A stretch of DNA of 64,000 nt from an uncultured Flavobacteriales bacterium (GCA_964021785.1 CAXIAX010000002.1:4801-68800), one strand, 5' to 3'. Counted from the stretch's first letter, positions 25,255 through 35,685 are shown. Numbers and translations are program-made. Notes: generated from the letters alone by a model not told the origin.

Positions 25255-26439
25255 TTATCTAACTAATGTAATATCCCCTTTTTGAGTCACAGTCTCGCCT
25301 TCGTCTATCTTTGCTTCCAAATAATAAACATAAACTCCTGCTTGTGCACCCGAACCTCTAAACTGACCATCCCATCCTATAGAATTATCACTAGATTCAA
25401 ATACCTTTTCTCCCCATCTGTTGTATACAATAAATGTCATTGATTCCACTCTATTTCCGTATACGTATAGGATGTCGTTTAATCCGTCACCATTTGGAGA
25501 AAATATTTGAGGAACATAAATAGTTGTCTGGTCTTCAATTGTTAATGCGTACACATCATTATTGAAATTAAGTGAATTTATTTCCATTGCTTTATCTGGA
25601 GTACCAATAGAAGGTAAAACAGTTGTAGAAGCTAGTGAGAAATTATCCATTGACCATCTTGGTACAGAATTGTCCCAAGTAGCTACATTGTTATAATCAT
25701 GCAAGCTTGGTTCATCTGTATCGAAATAATATATTTTTGCATTTCCATTAGTAGATCCGTAGAACCTAGCAATGTGATGATAAAATTCTTCATTTAACTC
25801 CAAGACCACAGGTGCTTTTTGTTGCAAAGGATATGGTCCTGTAGATCCTGTGACTGAGGTTCCTGTAAAATCAAAATCTGCATTAGTTGCTGCTAGCCTC
25901 ACTCCAATTACAGAACTATCTCCTGAATTTGGAACAAAAGTCACTGCTCTATAAATATTTAATAGATTAGTAGATCCTACAGGAAATACATATTCTGCAG
26001 TTCTATCTGTACTTCTCATAAAATAACCACCAATCGAATCTCCAGAAATAAACCCTGTATTCCAAATTAATGAATCCGGGTGAGTATTATAAAGATGAAG
26101 TCTGTTGTTATTTAATTGAATTTCAGCATCTGTTATATCTAGCTTGTTTTCAACCCAAACATCTGCATACATTGTTTTTAATGCAGCATTTTGAGCTATT
26201 AGATTATAAAATTTAGTTGGATTTAATCCTGAAATAGTTTGATTTGCACCAAACAAATTAACTGTTCCAGGATTAGAATTCAAAAAAACATTAAATACGG
26301 AATTGTTTATCCAATTATTTTGAACAAACAGAGTTCCACTGTTATCAATTAATCCTGTGTTTTCTATAACTACATCACCTTCCACATAAAAGATTGCATT
26401 CGCATCTAAATGGATTAATCCGTCATCATTTGTAAGCAC
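25255..26439 (-). CDS. T9SS type B (gliding-motility-associated C-terminal domain) cargo protein. The true N-terminus probably lies upstream (see findings).
   Basis: The C-terminus IFSPNGDGLNDILYV...VYNRWGEKVFES...WDGQFRG...GVYVYYLEA is the Bac_Flav_CTERM/type B sorting domain. The track start is GTG, and no signal peptide is present downstream of it. Confidence 0.75.
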   Translation of the reverse strand: MLTNDDGLIHLDANAIFYVEGDVVIENTGLIDNSGTLFVQNNWINNSVFNVFLNSNPGTVNLFGANQTISGLNPTKFYNLIAQNAALKTMYADVWVENKLDITDAEIQLNNNRLHLYNTHPDSLIWNTGFISGDSIGGYFMRSTDRTAEYVFPVGSTNLLNIYRAVTFVPNSGDSSVIGVRLAATNADFDFTGTSVTGSTGPYPLQQKAPVVLELNEEFYHHIARFYGSTNGNAKIYYFDTDEPSLHDYNNVATWDNSVPRWSMDNFSLASTTVLPSIGTPDKAMEINSLNFNNDVYALTIEDQTTIYVPQIFSPNGDGLNDILYVYGNRVESMTFIVYNRWGEKVFESSDNSIGWDGQFRGSGAQAGVYVYYLEAKIDEGETVTQKGDITLVR

Positions 26440-26565
26440 AGTTTGTGCGCTACTTGAAACAAGTAGTATGGATAACAGGGTGGTATGTATTATTTTCTTA
26501 TAGATTTTGTAAAGTAATTAATAATAGTTATAACTTCCGTAAAATTAACAAATAAAAAACGGTTA

Positions 26566-27741
26566 TTACATGTTTTCAATAACCATTGCAGAAGCTCCTC
26601 CACCTCCATTACAGATTGCGGCAGCTCCTATTTTACCTCCATTTTGTTTTAATACGTTCAATAAAGTAACAACAATCCTAGATCCTGAGTTTCCTAGTGG
26701 ATGACCTATAGATACTGCTCCTCCATTAACATCAACTTTAGAAGGGTCTAATTTCAATTTTTCAATATTTGCTAATCCTACAACTGCAAAAGCTTGGTTT
26801 AACTCCCAATAATCAACATCTTGTGTTGATAAGTTCGCTTTTTTAAGAGCTATTGGCAATGCTTTAGATGGTGCTGTTGTAAACCATTCTGGTTCTTGAG
26901 CTGCATCTGCATAACTTACTATTTTTCCAATTGGCTTAATTCCCAATTGTTCTGCTTTTTCTTTAGAACAAAGAATTAATGCTGATGCTCCGTCATTCAA
27001 AGTAGATGCATTTGCTGCAGTTACTGATCCTTCTTTTTGAAATACAGGTCTTAAAGTTGGTATTTTTTCTAATTTAACTTTCTTGTACTCTTCATCTTCA
27101 GAAACAAGAATAGCATCTCCTCTTCTTTGTGGAACTTCTACAGATACAATTTCATCATTAAATTTCCCTTCACTCCATGCTTTTGCAGATCTTTTGTAAG
27201 ACTCTATTGCAAATTCATCTTGAGCTTCTCTAGAAATATTACATTCCTTAGCACATAATTCTGCTGCGTTACCCATGTGATAATCATTGTATACATCTGT
27301 CAATCCATCAAGAACTAAACCATCTTTCATAGTTATGTCTCCTAATTTTTGACCATTTCTTGCATTCATATAATGAGGAACCATACTCATGTTCTCCATT
27401 CCTCCTGCTACCACTAACTCATTGTCTCCTGCCAAAATAGATTGTGCTGCCAATGAAATAGATTTCATCCCTGAAGCACATACTTTATTTATTGTAGTTG
27501 CTGGAACTGTATTACTAATCCCTGCAAACATAGCTGCTTGTCTTGCCGGAGCTTGACCAAGTCCTGCTTGCAATACATTACCCATAAAAACTTCATCCAC
27601 TTCTTTTGGATCGATAGTAGCTTTTTCCAAAGCTCCTTTAATTGCTGCTGCTCCAAGTCTAGTTGCAGGCACTGTAGACAAAACTCCTCCAAAACTTCCT
27701 ATTGGAGTTCTTACTGCTGATAATATATATATTTCTTTCAT
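26566..27741 (-). CDS. Acetyl-CoA C-acetyltransferase (thiolase II)
   Basis: 391 aa with the active-site region NKVCASGMKS and a C-terminal NGGGGASAMVIE. Confidence 0.92.
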   Translation of the reverse strand: MKEIYILSAVRTPIGSFGGVLSTVPATRLGAAAIKGALEKATIDPKEVDEVFMGNVLQAGLGQAPARQAAMFAGISNTVPATTINKVCASGMKSISLAAQSILAGDNELVVAGGMENMSMVPHYMNARNGQKLGDITMKDGLVLDGLTDVYNDYHMGNAAELCAKECNISREAQDEFAIESYKRSAKAWSEGKFNDEIVSVEVPQRRGDAILVSEDEEYKKVKLEKIPTLRPVFQKEGSVTAANASTLNDGASALILCSKEKAEQLGIKPIGKIVSYADAAQEPEWFTTAPSKALPIALKKANLSTQDVDYWELNQAFAVVGLANIEKLKLDPSKVDVNGGAVSIGHPLGNSGSRIVVTLLNVLKQNGGKIGAAAICNGGGGASAMVIENM

Positions 27742-27803
27742 TATTTTATGTTGGTTTTAGTTCTTCAAAATTATGAAAAATGTAGCTTAAAAATTGGGTT
27801 TTG

Positions 27804-27840
27804 GCAAAAAAAAATCCCTGATAAAATTTATCAGGGATTC
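27804..27840 (-). terminator. Rho-independent terminator after the OmpA/TPR gene
   Basis: atccctgata/tatcagggat forms the stem, followed on the minus strand by T9. Confidence 0.75.
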
Positions 27841-27861
27841 TTATTAATATTCTATTCGTAA

Positions 27862-30192
27862 TTAGAAGCTATTTGTACTGTTATTCTTAACACCTTCCCC
27901 ACCAGATACAACTCTAAACTCAGTTCTTCTGTTTAATTGGTGCTCTTCTTCAGAACAATCTGATTTGTTAGTAGGCTCACAAGCACAACCATTTAACAGT
28001 CTTGTTTCTCCATACCCTTTTCCAAAGATTCTGTAAGCTGCAATTCCTTGAGAGATTACATATTTTCTTGCAGATTTTGCTCTTCTGTCAGATAACTTTT
28101 CGTTATATCTTTTTGATGCTCTACAATCTGTATGAGATCCAATCTCAATAATCATTTCAGGATTATCATTCATACATTTTACAAGTTTATCAAGTTCCAA
28201 TGCAGCATCTGGTCTAATGTATGATTTATCAAAGTCATATAACAAGTCTTTTATTTCACATAATTCAGCAACATCAGATCCTATTTCTAGTATTCCTAAC
28301 TCTTCTACCATTCTTACAATACCTGCTGTTGTGATAGTTTTATTGAATTTAACGTTTTTAGATAAATAACCTTCTTTTTCAATTGTAATGTTAAAGTCAA
28401 TTACTCCCCCTGGACAGTCGTAGTTAGCTAAATCATCAGAGAATTCTCCATTTTCATCTGTATTTATCGTTACTGTTTCTCCATTCGTATTATCTAACAA
28501 TACAATACTTGCACCTGGTATTGGTTCTTTAGTAGATTTATCTACAATTTTACCAATTAAGCCACAATCTCTTTTCTTAAATAATGTGTTGGCTGGTTCT
28601 ACAACTCCTGCAACAGCATCATCTGTACTAAACTCATGGTTGTACGTATTGATGTAGTCTGCTTTAGTTCCATCTATTTTATATGATCCTTCTTCTACAT
28701 CTTTAAATTCGTAACATCCTTTTTCATCTGTTACAATAGTTGCTATAATTTCATTTGTTGCTTTGCTAATTAGATTAACTGTCACTCCTTCCAATTTCTC
28801 TTCAGTAACTTCTAACATAGCACATCCTTTTACTGCAATCAATGGTGGAGTAAATGGCTCGTGATTTTTAAATCTATAGATATCATCATTTCCTACAGCA
28901 TCACCTCCTGTTCTGTTTGAAGAAAAATAACCTTCAGTTTCATCTTTATTAATAATCATTGCAAAATCATCTGAATTTGTATTCAAAGGATATCCCATAT
29001 TCTCAGGAGCACTAAATGATTCTCCAGATTTAGTAGATCTATATAAATCTAAACCTCCTAATCCAGCATGTCCATCTGAAGCAAAATAAATTATTTGATC
29101 TTCATTTATATAAGGAAACATTTCTCTTCCTTCTGTATTTAAATCAGCAACATTTGTTGGTGTTGACCATTTGTTGTTTACCAAAGTAGATTTCCAAATA
29201 TCTGTAACTCCCTTACCTCCCGGCATATCAGATGAAAAATACATTACCTTCCCATCTTCTGTAACTGTTGCATGTCCTAAAGAATAATTATCACTATTAT
29301 AAGGAAACTCAACTAAATCACTCCATTTACCATTTGAATCTTTTTCTGATAAATACAATTTCAAGTTATTGTGTTCTGCAGAATCTAAACCTTTCTTTCG
29401 GTTCAAATAGTTACTTCTAGTTAGATACATTTTATTTGCATTGTTACTAAAAGATACTGGTCCTTCATGGTATTTAGATTTGACATCTCTGTCAAATCTT
29501 TTAACACCTGTAGACTCTCCGTCTTCACCTAGAGAAGAAACATATACGTCAAGAAAGTGAGACCCATCCCATTGAAAATCTTTATTCAACATGGCCATGT
29601 TCTTTCTTGCTGAAGCAAAAGTTAATTTTGTTTCTCCATCTATAGTTTTATAATTTGGTCCAAAATCAGATAAATCTGTGTTTACCTTATCTCCCATTAT
29701 TGCAATGGTATATCTGTCAGGATTAGATTTTAATTTAGCTACGTAATCTGCATTAGATACGTGTGCATTGGCAATTGAATTATCTGCAGAAAGTGACCTG
29801 AATTTCTCCATCATAGAGTTTGCCATGTCATATTTCTCATTCATTTTAAGCATTTGAGCATAGTGATAATAATCTTCTGCTACTACAACATTTTCTTCTG
29901 CCGAAGATGTTTTTGCTTCATCCGTTCCTGTTTCTTGAACTAGTTTACCATACCATATCTCACTATTCTTGCTATCTCCTACCAATCTGTAGCATTCAGC
30001 AGTTCTTCTAGTTACATAGGCATTTGCATTGTCTTTTTTTGCTAAATCTTGATAAAGCTCTACTGCTTTAAAAAATGATAACTCATCATATAATCTATCC
30101 GCAACTCTTTGTTTCATAGATTGCGATTGAGCTTGAAAACTCAAAAGTCCAACTACGAACAGTAAAATTACTTTTTTCGAAATACTTTTCAT
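27862..30192 (-). CDS. Multidomain OmpA-family protein (TPR-like N-terminus, TolB-like propeller, CarboxypepD_reg-like domains, C-terminal OmpA domain)
   Basis: 776 aa with a signal peptide. The C-terminus reads LLYDFDKSYIRPDA...GSHTDCRASKRYNEKLSDRRA...NRRTEFRV. It is paralogous in layout to 22352..24223. Confidence 0.8.
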   Translation of the reverse strand: MKSISKKVILLFVVGLLSFQAQSQSMKQRVADRLYDELSFFKAVELYQDLAKKDNANAYVTRRTAECYRLVGDSKNSEIWYGKLVQETGTDEAKTSSAEENVVVAEDYYHYAQMLKMNEKYDMANSMMEKFRSLSADNSIANAHVSNADYVAKLKSNPDRYTIAIMGDKVNTDLSDFGPNYKTIDGETKLTFASARKNMAMLNKDFQWDGSHFLDVYVSSLGEDGESTGVKRFDRDVKSKYHEGPVSFSNNANKMYLTRSNYLNRKKGLDSAEHNNLKLYLSEKDSNGKWSDLVEFPYNSDNYSLGHATVTEDGKVMYFSSDMPGGKGVTDIWKSTLVNNKWSTPTNVADLNTEGREMFPYINEDQIIYFASDGHAGLGGLDLYRSTKSGESFSAPENMGYPLNTNSDDFAMIINKDETEGYFSSNRTGGDAVGNDDIYRFKNHEPFTPPLIAVKGCAMLEVTEEKLEGVTVNLISKATNEIIATIVTDEKGCYEFKDVEEGSYKIDGTKADYINTYNHEFSTDDAVAGVVEPANTLFKKRDCGLIGKIVDKSTKEPIPGASIVLLDNTNGETVTINTDENGEFSDDLANYDCPGGVIDFNITIEKEGYLSKNVKFNKTITTAGIVRMVEELGILEIGSDVAELCEIKDLLYDFDKSYIRPDAALELDKLVKCMNDNPEMIIEIGSHTDCRASKRYNEKLSDRRAKSARKYVISQGIAAYRIFGKGYGETRLLNGCACEPTNKSDCSEEEHQLNRRTEFRVVSGGEGVKNNSTNSF

Positions 30193-30226
30193 ATTAAATT
30201 TTATTATTGACTTTTTTCTTTATTTA

Positions 30227-31171
30227 TTAAAATCTTCTTGGAGTTCTAAACCCTTTTCCTAAGAAATCTAAATCATAGTTAATCATGATTTCATGAGTTC
30301 CTGTATTGTAGTTTCCTAAATCCGAAGTTGTGTAATCGTATGCATAACCAGCTCTAAACTGTGGTGTAAAGTGGTACACTATATTTCCTACGAAAGAATC
30401 ATCAAATCTATATCCTCCTCCAATCCATAATTTCTCATAGAATAAAAAGTTAACATTAATATCTGCTGATAAAGGTGCATCTTCTACTGCTTTCACAACA
30501 AATGATGGAATCATTTCTACTACACTGTTCAATTCGAAAGTGTATCCTGCAGTTAAGAAAAAGTGTCTGTCTTGAATTGAAGCGATTGAACTCCCTAGGT
30601 TATCACCTCCATCCAATTCATTTTTAATAATCTTTGGTGCAGTTAATCCTACATAATATTTATCTGAATTTAAATAAACTCCAAATCCAAAATTAGGCAT
30701 CAATTGATTTTTGATTGGTGTTGTATACAAAGCATCAGATGGATCTGTTACTCTCAAATCATTGAAGTTTGCAGAAAACATATCTAATCCCCCTTTTAAA
30801 CCAAAGGCTAATTTGCTATTTTTAGAAACTGGAAATCTATAAGACACATCTCCGTAAAATGAACTGTTTTTTGTTGGTCCAATTTCATCTTGAATCACAG
30901 ATAACCCTAAAGATACTCTTTCATATCTTAATGGAGAGTGAATCGACAAAGTCCCTGTTGAAGGTGCTCCATCAATATTTACCCATTGTTTTCTTCCTAA
31001 CATTGTAACACTCAGTGCGTCTCTACTTCCTGCATAGGCTGGATTTACAGATAATGGATTGAACATATACATTGTGTACTGAGCATCTTGCTGGGCAGAC
31101 ACATTTGATGTGTTAAATACACCAACCGTAGTAAGTAAAATACTTAGGGTAGATATTAAAACTTTTTTCAT
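30227..31171 (-). CDS. PorP/SprF-family type IX secretion membrane protein
   Basis: 314 aa. After the signal peptide comes QQDAQYTMYMFNPLSVNPAYAGS, and the C-terminus is a beta-barrel-type ...RRF. Confidence 0.8.
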   Translation of the reverse strand: MKKVLISTLSILLTTVGVFNTSNVSAQQDAQYTMYMFNPLSVNPAYAGSRDALSVTMLGRKQWVNIDGAPSTGTLSIHSPLRYERVSLGLSVIQDEIGPTKNSSFYGDVSYRFPVSKNSKLAFGLKGGLDMFSANFNDLRVTDPSDALYTTPIKNQLMPNFGFGVYLNSDKYYVGLTAPKIIKNELDGGDNLGSSIASIQDRHFFLTAGYTFELNSVVEMIPSFVVKAVEDAPLSADINVNFLFYEKLWIGGGYRFDDSFVGNIVYHFTPQFRAGYAYDYTTSDLGNYNTGTHEIMINYDLDFLGKGFRTPRRF

Positions 31172-31200
31172 AATATTTTCGTTTATTCTATTCTATTTTG

Positions 31201-31208
31201 CAAATATA
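31201..31208 (-). promoter_or_regulatory. Candidate -7 promoter box (TATATTTG) for the PorP/SprF-OmpA pair
   Basis: The plus strand reads caaatata. The box sits 30 nt upstream of the start at 31171. Confidence 0.3.
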
Positions 31209-31375
31209 GCTCGGTCTGTAGGTTTATTCACATATCACACTGTTTATTATTGTTTAAGATGCTCTTTTCATTTATTAAGATGCTACAAATTAAATATATT
31301 AGTTTAATTTTGAACTTTACAATTAATAATCAAAATACTTTTCGGTATTTTACTTAACAAAAATTTGCGCTAATT

Positions 31376-31945
31376 ATGATCGAAATAGAAGATAAATTAA
31401 TCTCAGAAGAAATATTTTCAAAACAATTTGTATGCGACTTATCCGCTTGTAAAGGAGCTTGTTGCGTAGAGGGTGATGCGGGTGCCCCACTAGAAAAGGA
31501 AGAGAAAACAATAATAGAAAATAACCTTACTAAGATAATCCCATATATGCGTCAAATTGGTATTGATGCAGTTACCAATGATGGAGTTTCTTATGAGGAT
31601 TTTGATGGCGAATTAGTCACAACTTTAGTTAACAACAAAGAATGTGCTTTTGTTTATTTTGACGATACAAATACTGCAAAATGTGCCATAGAAAAAGCTC
31701 ATAGAAAGGGAGAAATAGACTTTATTAAACCAATTTCTTGTCACCTTTATCCTATTAGAGTCAATAAATTAACTTACTATGACGCTTTGGATTACAACAA
31801 GTGGGATATCTGTAGCCCAGCTTGTGCATGTGGGGAAGAATTAAATGTTTCTGTGTTTAGGTTTTTGAAAGAACCATTAGAAAGAAAATACGGAAAAGAG
31901 TTTTATAAAAAACTAGTTATTATCGATAAAGAATTATCAAAATAA
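31376..31945 (+). CDS. Cys-rich DUF3109-family protein
   Basis: 189 aa with FVCDLSACKGACCVEGDAGAPL, which matches my recollection of the DUF3109 N-terminal pattern. Confidence 0.55.
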   Translation: MIEIEDKLISEEIFSKQFVCDLSACKGACCVEGDAGAPLEKEEKTIIENNLTKIIPYMRQIGIDAVTNDGVSYEDFDGELVTTLVNNKECAFVYFDDTNTAKCAIEKAHRKGEIDFIKPISCHLYPIRVNKLTYYDALDYNKWDICSPACACGEELNVSVFRFLKEPLERKYGKEFYKKLVIIDKELSK

Positions 31946-33079
31946 ACGATAGTATTCTACTTTGCTTATTGGCATTATGGACACATTTTTATAATAATGG
32001 TGTAATACCTCTTTATAACTATGTGTTTTTGCCATAACAATACCTCCTTCTTGACATAAACCTACTCCATGCCCATATCCTTTACCTATGAGCACAACTT
32101 TATCTCCTATGTCATGAACCGAAAAGTAAGTTGATTTAAGCTTAAATTTAGACCTTATTTTTACTAACCTAACTTTATTATTTCCAAACTGGTAATATTC
32201 CTTTCTTTGATACTGATTAAAGTTCAAATCTGATGATTTAACAGAAGAGATGGATTTTTTTGTTTGTTGAGAAAGATATTGTACCCAAGTAGCTTTTGAA
32301 ATTGTTTTTTTCCAAGTAGCTTGACTGGAGTTTAAACAAAAGGTATCTTTTATACTTTCCATACACTCCAATTTTTTACTCCAAACATAATCAGATGAAA
32401 CCGTTTGTCCTCCACAATTAGAATGAAACAAAGTATTTATATAAGATAAGCTTGAGTCTACAAGAACTTCTTCTGAAGTAGCTTCCACTGCTTCGGCAAT
32501 TGTATTTTTATCGTTTATTCCATGATATACTTGGCAATGTGTATGATCACACAAATCAAACCCTTCATGCTTGTGTTTTTGATGATGCAAAGCATAAGTT
32601 CTACTAATTACGGCTTGCACTTTATAATATTCTAAGCTGTATCCATATCCTGCCTCTCCCTTTATTACTCCTTCTACGTATTTATCAATGTCTATTTCAT
32701 TAATAGCCTTTAGCTTCCCTTTAATGGAGTACAAAATAACATTTCCTTTGTATTTTCTTTTTTTAGTTCCTCCAGCAATTATCAAACTGTTGTTCTCTAT
32801 TCTATAATCTAATCGAAACCAAATTTGCTCACCTAAGTACTTCCCATTCATGTAAGCTTTCACTTTATCATTAGATGCTATAAAGTTAATTTCATCACTT
32901 CTATTACTTATTATTCCATAAGATTCCGATTCTGAGTAAAACTCAAATCTTCCAATATCATAAAATACATCAACTTTAGTGATGTTTGTATTTTCAAATA
33001 ATCCCACTCTTATTTCTTTGGCATTTACAGATAATGCTTGACATAGTAAGAATAGTATTATAAAAAAATAGGTTCTCAT
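31937..33079 (-). CDS. SpoIID/LytB-domain protein
   Basis: 380 aa with a signal peptide and the motifs AQAVISRTYAL, FHSNCGGQT and GHGVGLCQEG. Its start overlaps the lpxB stop by 1 nt (TAATG). Confidence 0.7.
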   Translation of the reverse strand: MRTYFFIILFLLCQALSVNAKEIRVGLFENTNITKVDVFYDIGRFEFYSESESYGIISNRSDEINFIASNDKVKAYMNGKYLGEQIWFRLDYRIENNSLIIAGGTKKRKYKGNVILYSIKGKLKAINEIDIDKYVEGVIKGEAGYGYSLEYYKVQAVISRTYALHHQKHKHEGFDLCDHTHCQVYHGINDKNTIAEAVEATSEEVLVDSSLSYINTLFHSNCGGQTVSSDYVWSKKLECMESIKDTFCLNSSQATWKKTISKATWVQYLSQQTKKSISSVKSSDLNFNQYQRKEYYQFGNNKVRLVKIRSKFKLKSTYFSVHDIGDKVVLIGKGYGHGVGLCQEGGIVMAKTHSYKEVLHHYYKNVSIMPISKVEYYRLF

Positions 33080-34197
33080 TATTGACTAATATAATGAGTA
33101 ATTAATTCAGCAGTTTTTGCAGAAGCTCCTTCACCTCCAAGCTTTGTAATTAATGAAGTGTAATTATTCTTCATCTTTTCTCTCCCTTTTCCCTCTGTAA
33201 TTTTACCTAATTCACTTACCAAATTATCGGTAGTTAAATCATGCTGTATCAACTCTTTTACAATTTCCTTATCCATTATTAAATTAACCAAAGAGATAAA
33301 TTTAATCTTAACTAAACGTTTTGCTATCGCGTAAGAAATTGGATTAGCTTTATAGCAAACCACTTGCGGAACTTCAAAAAGTGCTGTTTCTAGGGTAGCA
33401 GTACCAGAAGTAATTAGCCCTGCATGACTATTCATCAATAAAGGATAAGTTTTACCAAAAATTAAGGATACTTGTTTGTTTCCAGCTATATGCGATTGAT
33501 AAATTTCTTCTTTTTGCGAAGGAGCACCTGCAATTACAAATTGATAATTGGGATATTTGTCTATTACAGATAGCATCATAGGTAGTTTCGTATTAATTTC
33601 TTGAGTTCTACTTCCTGGTAATAATGCTATTATTGGTCTTTCATCCAACTTATTAATCCCTCTAAAGTCTTCCGATTGATATTGTTTTTTGAAATTTCCT
33701 ATTTCATCCAACAATGGGTTTCCTACAAAATCAACATGATAATCAAACTTTTCGTAAAATGGTTTTTCGAAAGGAAGAATCACAAATAAATGATCTACTA
33801 CTTTCTTTATTTTTTTTACTCGTGATTGTTTCCAAGCCCAAACTTGTGGGGAAATATAATAGAAAACTTTTATTCCTTTCTCGTGTAAAAACTCAGCAAT
33901 TCTCAGATTAAAACCTGGGTAATCTATCAATATTACCGCATCTGGTTTATACTCTATAATATCCTTTTTACACAGTTTAATGTTATTCAAAATTGTTTTC
34001 AAATTCATTATAACTTCAGCAAAACCCATAAATGCCAATTCCTTATAATGCTTAACTAAAGTTAAACCTTGATGCTCCATTTTGTCTCCACCCCAACCTC
34101 TAAACTCTGCATTGGGCTGCAATTTCTTCATCTCAGAAATTAAATTTGCTCCATGCATATCGCCAGATGCTTCTCCTGATATTACGTAGTATTTCAT
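33079..34197 (-). CDS. lpxB: Lipid-A-disaccharide synthase
   Basis: 372 aa with MKYYVISGEASGDMHGANL at the N-terminus, plus LLPGSR and SGTATLE motifs. Confidence 0.88.
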   Translation of the reverse strand: MKYYVISGEASGDMHGANLISEMKKLQPNAEFRGWGGDKMEHQGLTLVKHYKELAFMGFAEVIMNLKTILNNIKLCKKDIIEYKPDAVILIDYPGFNLRIAEFLHEKGIKVFYYISPQVWAWKQSRVKKIKKVVDHLFVILPFEKPFYEKFDYHVDFVGNPLLDEIGNFKKQYQSEDFRGINKLDERPIIALLPGSRTQEINTKLPMMLSVIDKYPNYQFVIAGAPSQKEEIYQSHIAGNKQVSLIFGKTYPLLMNSHAGLITSGTATLETALFEVPQVVCYKANPISYAIAKRLVKIKFISLVNLIMDKEIVKELIQHDLTTDNLVSELGKITEGKGREKMKNNYTSLITKLGGEGASAKTAELITHYISQ

Positions 34198-34216
34198 GGT
34201 TATATTTCTATTATAA

Positions 34217-34483
34217 TTAAGTATAAATCATATATTTCACTACTAGAAATATAAAACAAAGAAAAGACGCAAGCATCACTCCTCTTGCCGGATAATCTTT
34301 GTCTTTCTTAAAGTAATACCTCATTAACAAAGCGTTTAATCCTAGTGCAAACAATAGCCCTGAGCTTATTACTTGATCCGTAATGGTTTTTTCAAACCAA
34401 TAAAAAACGAAGAATAGTATGCCTATAAAACCTGCTGGTATTAACAAACCAATAATCGTACCTTTTGCAATTTCTTTTTTCAT
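34217..34483 (-). CDS. Small hypothetical membrane protein
   Basis: 88 aa with three predicted TM helices, tightly packed upstream of lpxB. Confidence 0.5.
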   Translation of the reverse strand: MKKEIAKGTIIGLLIPAGFIGILFFVFYWFEKTITDQVISSGLLFALGLNALLMRYYFKKDKDYPARGVMLASFLCFIFLVVKYMIYT

Positions 34484-34576
34484 GATAACAAATATAACTT
34501 TTTTGTATCGTGTGAAATTCGATTTGATTAGATTTTTGTAAACAAAAAATTGTGTACGAAGTGAAAGTAAATATCC

Positions 34577-35644
34577 TTAATTTTTTGATCTAAAATCATT
34601 GATATTGGTAGTCACAGAAAAGCTATGAGATTTTCCGGATAAATGATAACTTGAAATGCTATAATTTAAGCTAAATTTCTTTATTTTAAATCCTACACCC
34701 CCAGAAAAACCGACTAAACCTGTTTTTTCTGTAAATTTCAGTTCTTGCCTTTTTCTGTAATTATATCCCAATTGAATATTGAAATTTTTACTTAGAATAA
34801 ATTCCGTTCCAAATACTAAATGTCGCATTCCTTTGTCTAAGAAGCTTGGCTCTTCTGCTGGTAATTCTTCAAATGTATTAGGGTCAAATTCTTTTTTTGC
34901 ATTAGGATCATCATAAGTTAAATCCCAAGTTTGAAGATTCGTAAATGTTAAAGAAAACCTGAAAGGGGCGTGTTTTAATTTTTTGGTCAATCCCAATTGA
35001 ATTTCGAATGGAAGTTTTTCCTGCTCACTGTACTTAGAAATTACAAATCCTATATTCTTCATCACCAAACTTGCTGAAAATCGTTTTGATGGCTTGTAAT
35101 AGTTTCCTGCTAAATCTAAAGCAATTCCATTGGAGTTGTAAATATCATAAATGGATTGAAAGAATTTAAAATTCCCTCCAATACTGAATAAAGAATCAAT
35201 TTTTTTACCGTATCCTATTATTAAAGCCAAATCATTTACAGAGAAATTTCCTTGCTTAATACCTGCTTCATCTGTTCTTACAAAATCTCCATAATTGGCA
35301 TACATGAAGGACGCATTAAAAGTTCCTATGTTATCAAAATGTTTTGTAAAAGAGGTAAATCCATAATTTATATCCGAGATATAATTCATGTAATTCAATG
35401 AAATAGACCCCGATTTTGTGGAATCTAACAATGCAGGGTTAGAGATATTTAAATTTACGTCATTGTCGTAAATCGAAATATTACTTCCTCCCAATGCTTG
35501 TATTCTAGAAGAGTTTGATAAATCTAAAAACTGATAGGAATTAGAACCTCCCAATTGCGAAAGGCTATAATTACTATAAAGTATAGCAAATAAGAAAAAC
35601 GATAATTGTAATGACTTAGTTCTGATGGTCTTATTTACTTTCAA
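34577..35644 (-). CDS. porQ: Outer-membrane beta-barrel protein, probable type IX secretion component PorQ
   Basis: 355 aa. After the signal peptide comes QLGGSNSYQFLDLSNSSRIQALGGSN...NPALL, which matches my memory of the PorQ N-terminal signature. Not verified by search. Confidence 0.5.
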   Translation of the reverse strand: MKVNKTIRTKSLQLSFFLFAILYSNYSLSQLGGSNSYQFLDLSNSSRIQALGGSNISIYDNDVNLNISNPALLDSTKSGSISLNYMNYISDINYGFTSFTKHFDNIGTFNASFMYANYGDFVRTDEAGIKQGNFSVNDLALIIGYGKKIDSLFSIGGNFKFFQSIYDIYNSNGIALDLAGNYYKPSKRFSASLVMKNIGFVISKYSEQEKLPFEIQLGLTKKLKHAPFRFSLTFTNLQTWDLTYDDPNAKKEFDPNTFEELPAEEPSFLDKGMRHLVFGTEFILSKNFNIQLGYNYRKRQELKFTEKTGLVGFSGGVGFKIKKFSLNYSISSYHLSGKSHSFSVTTNINDFRSKN

Positions 35645-35685
35645 GTTTGTTTATATTTTTTAAGAACAAGGTTCTTGTTAAAATA

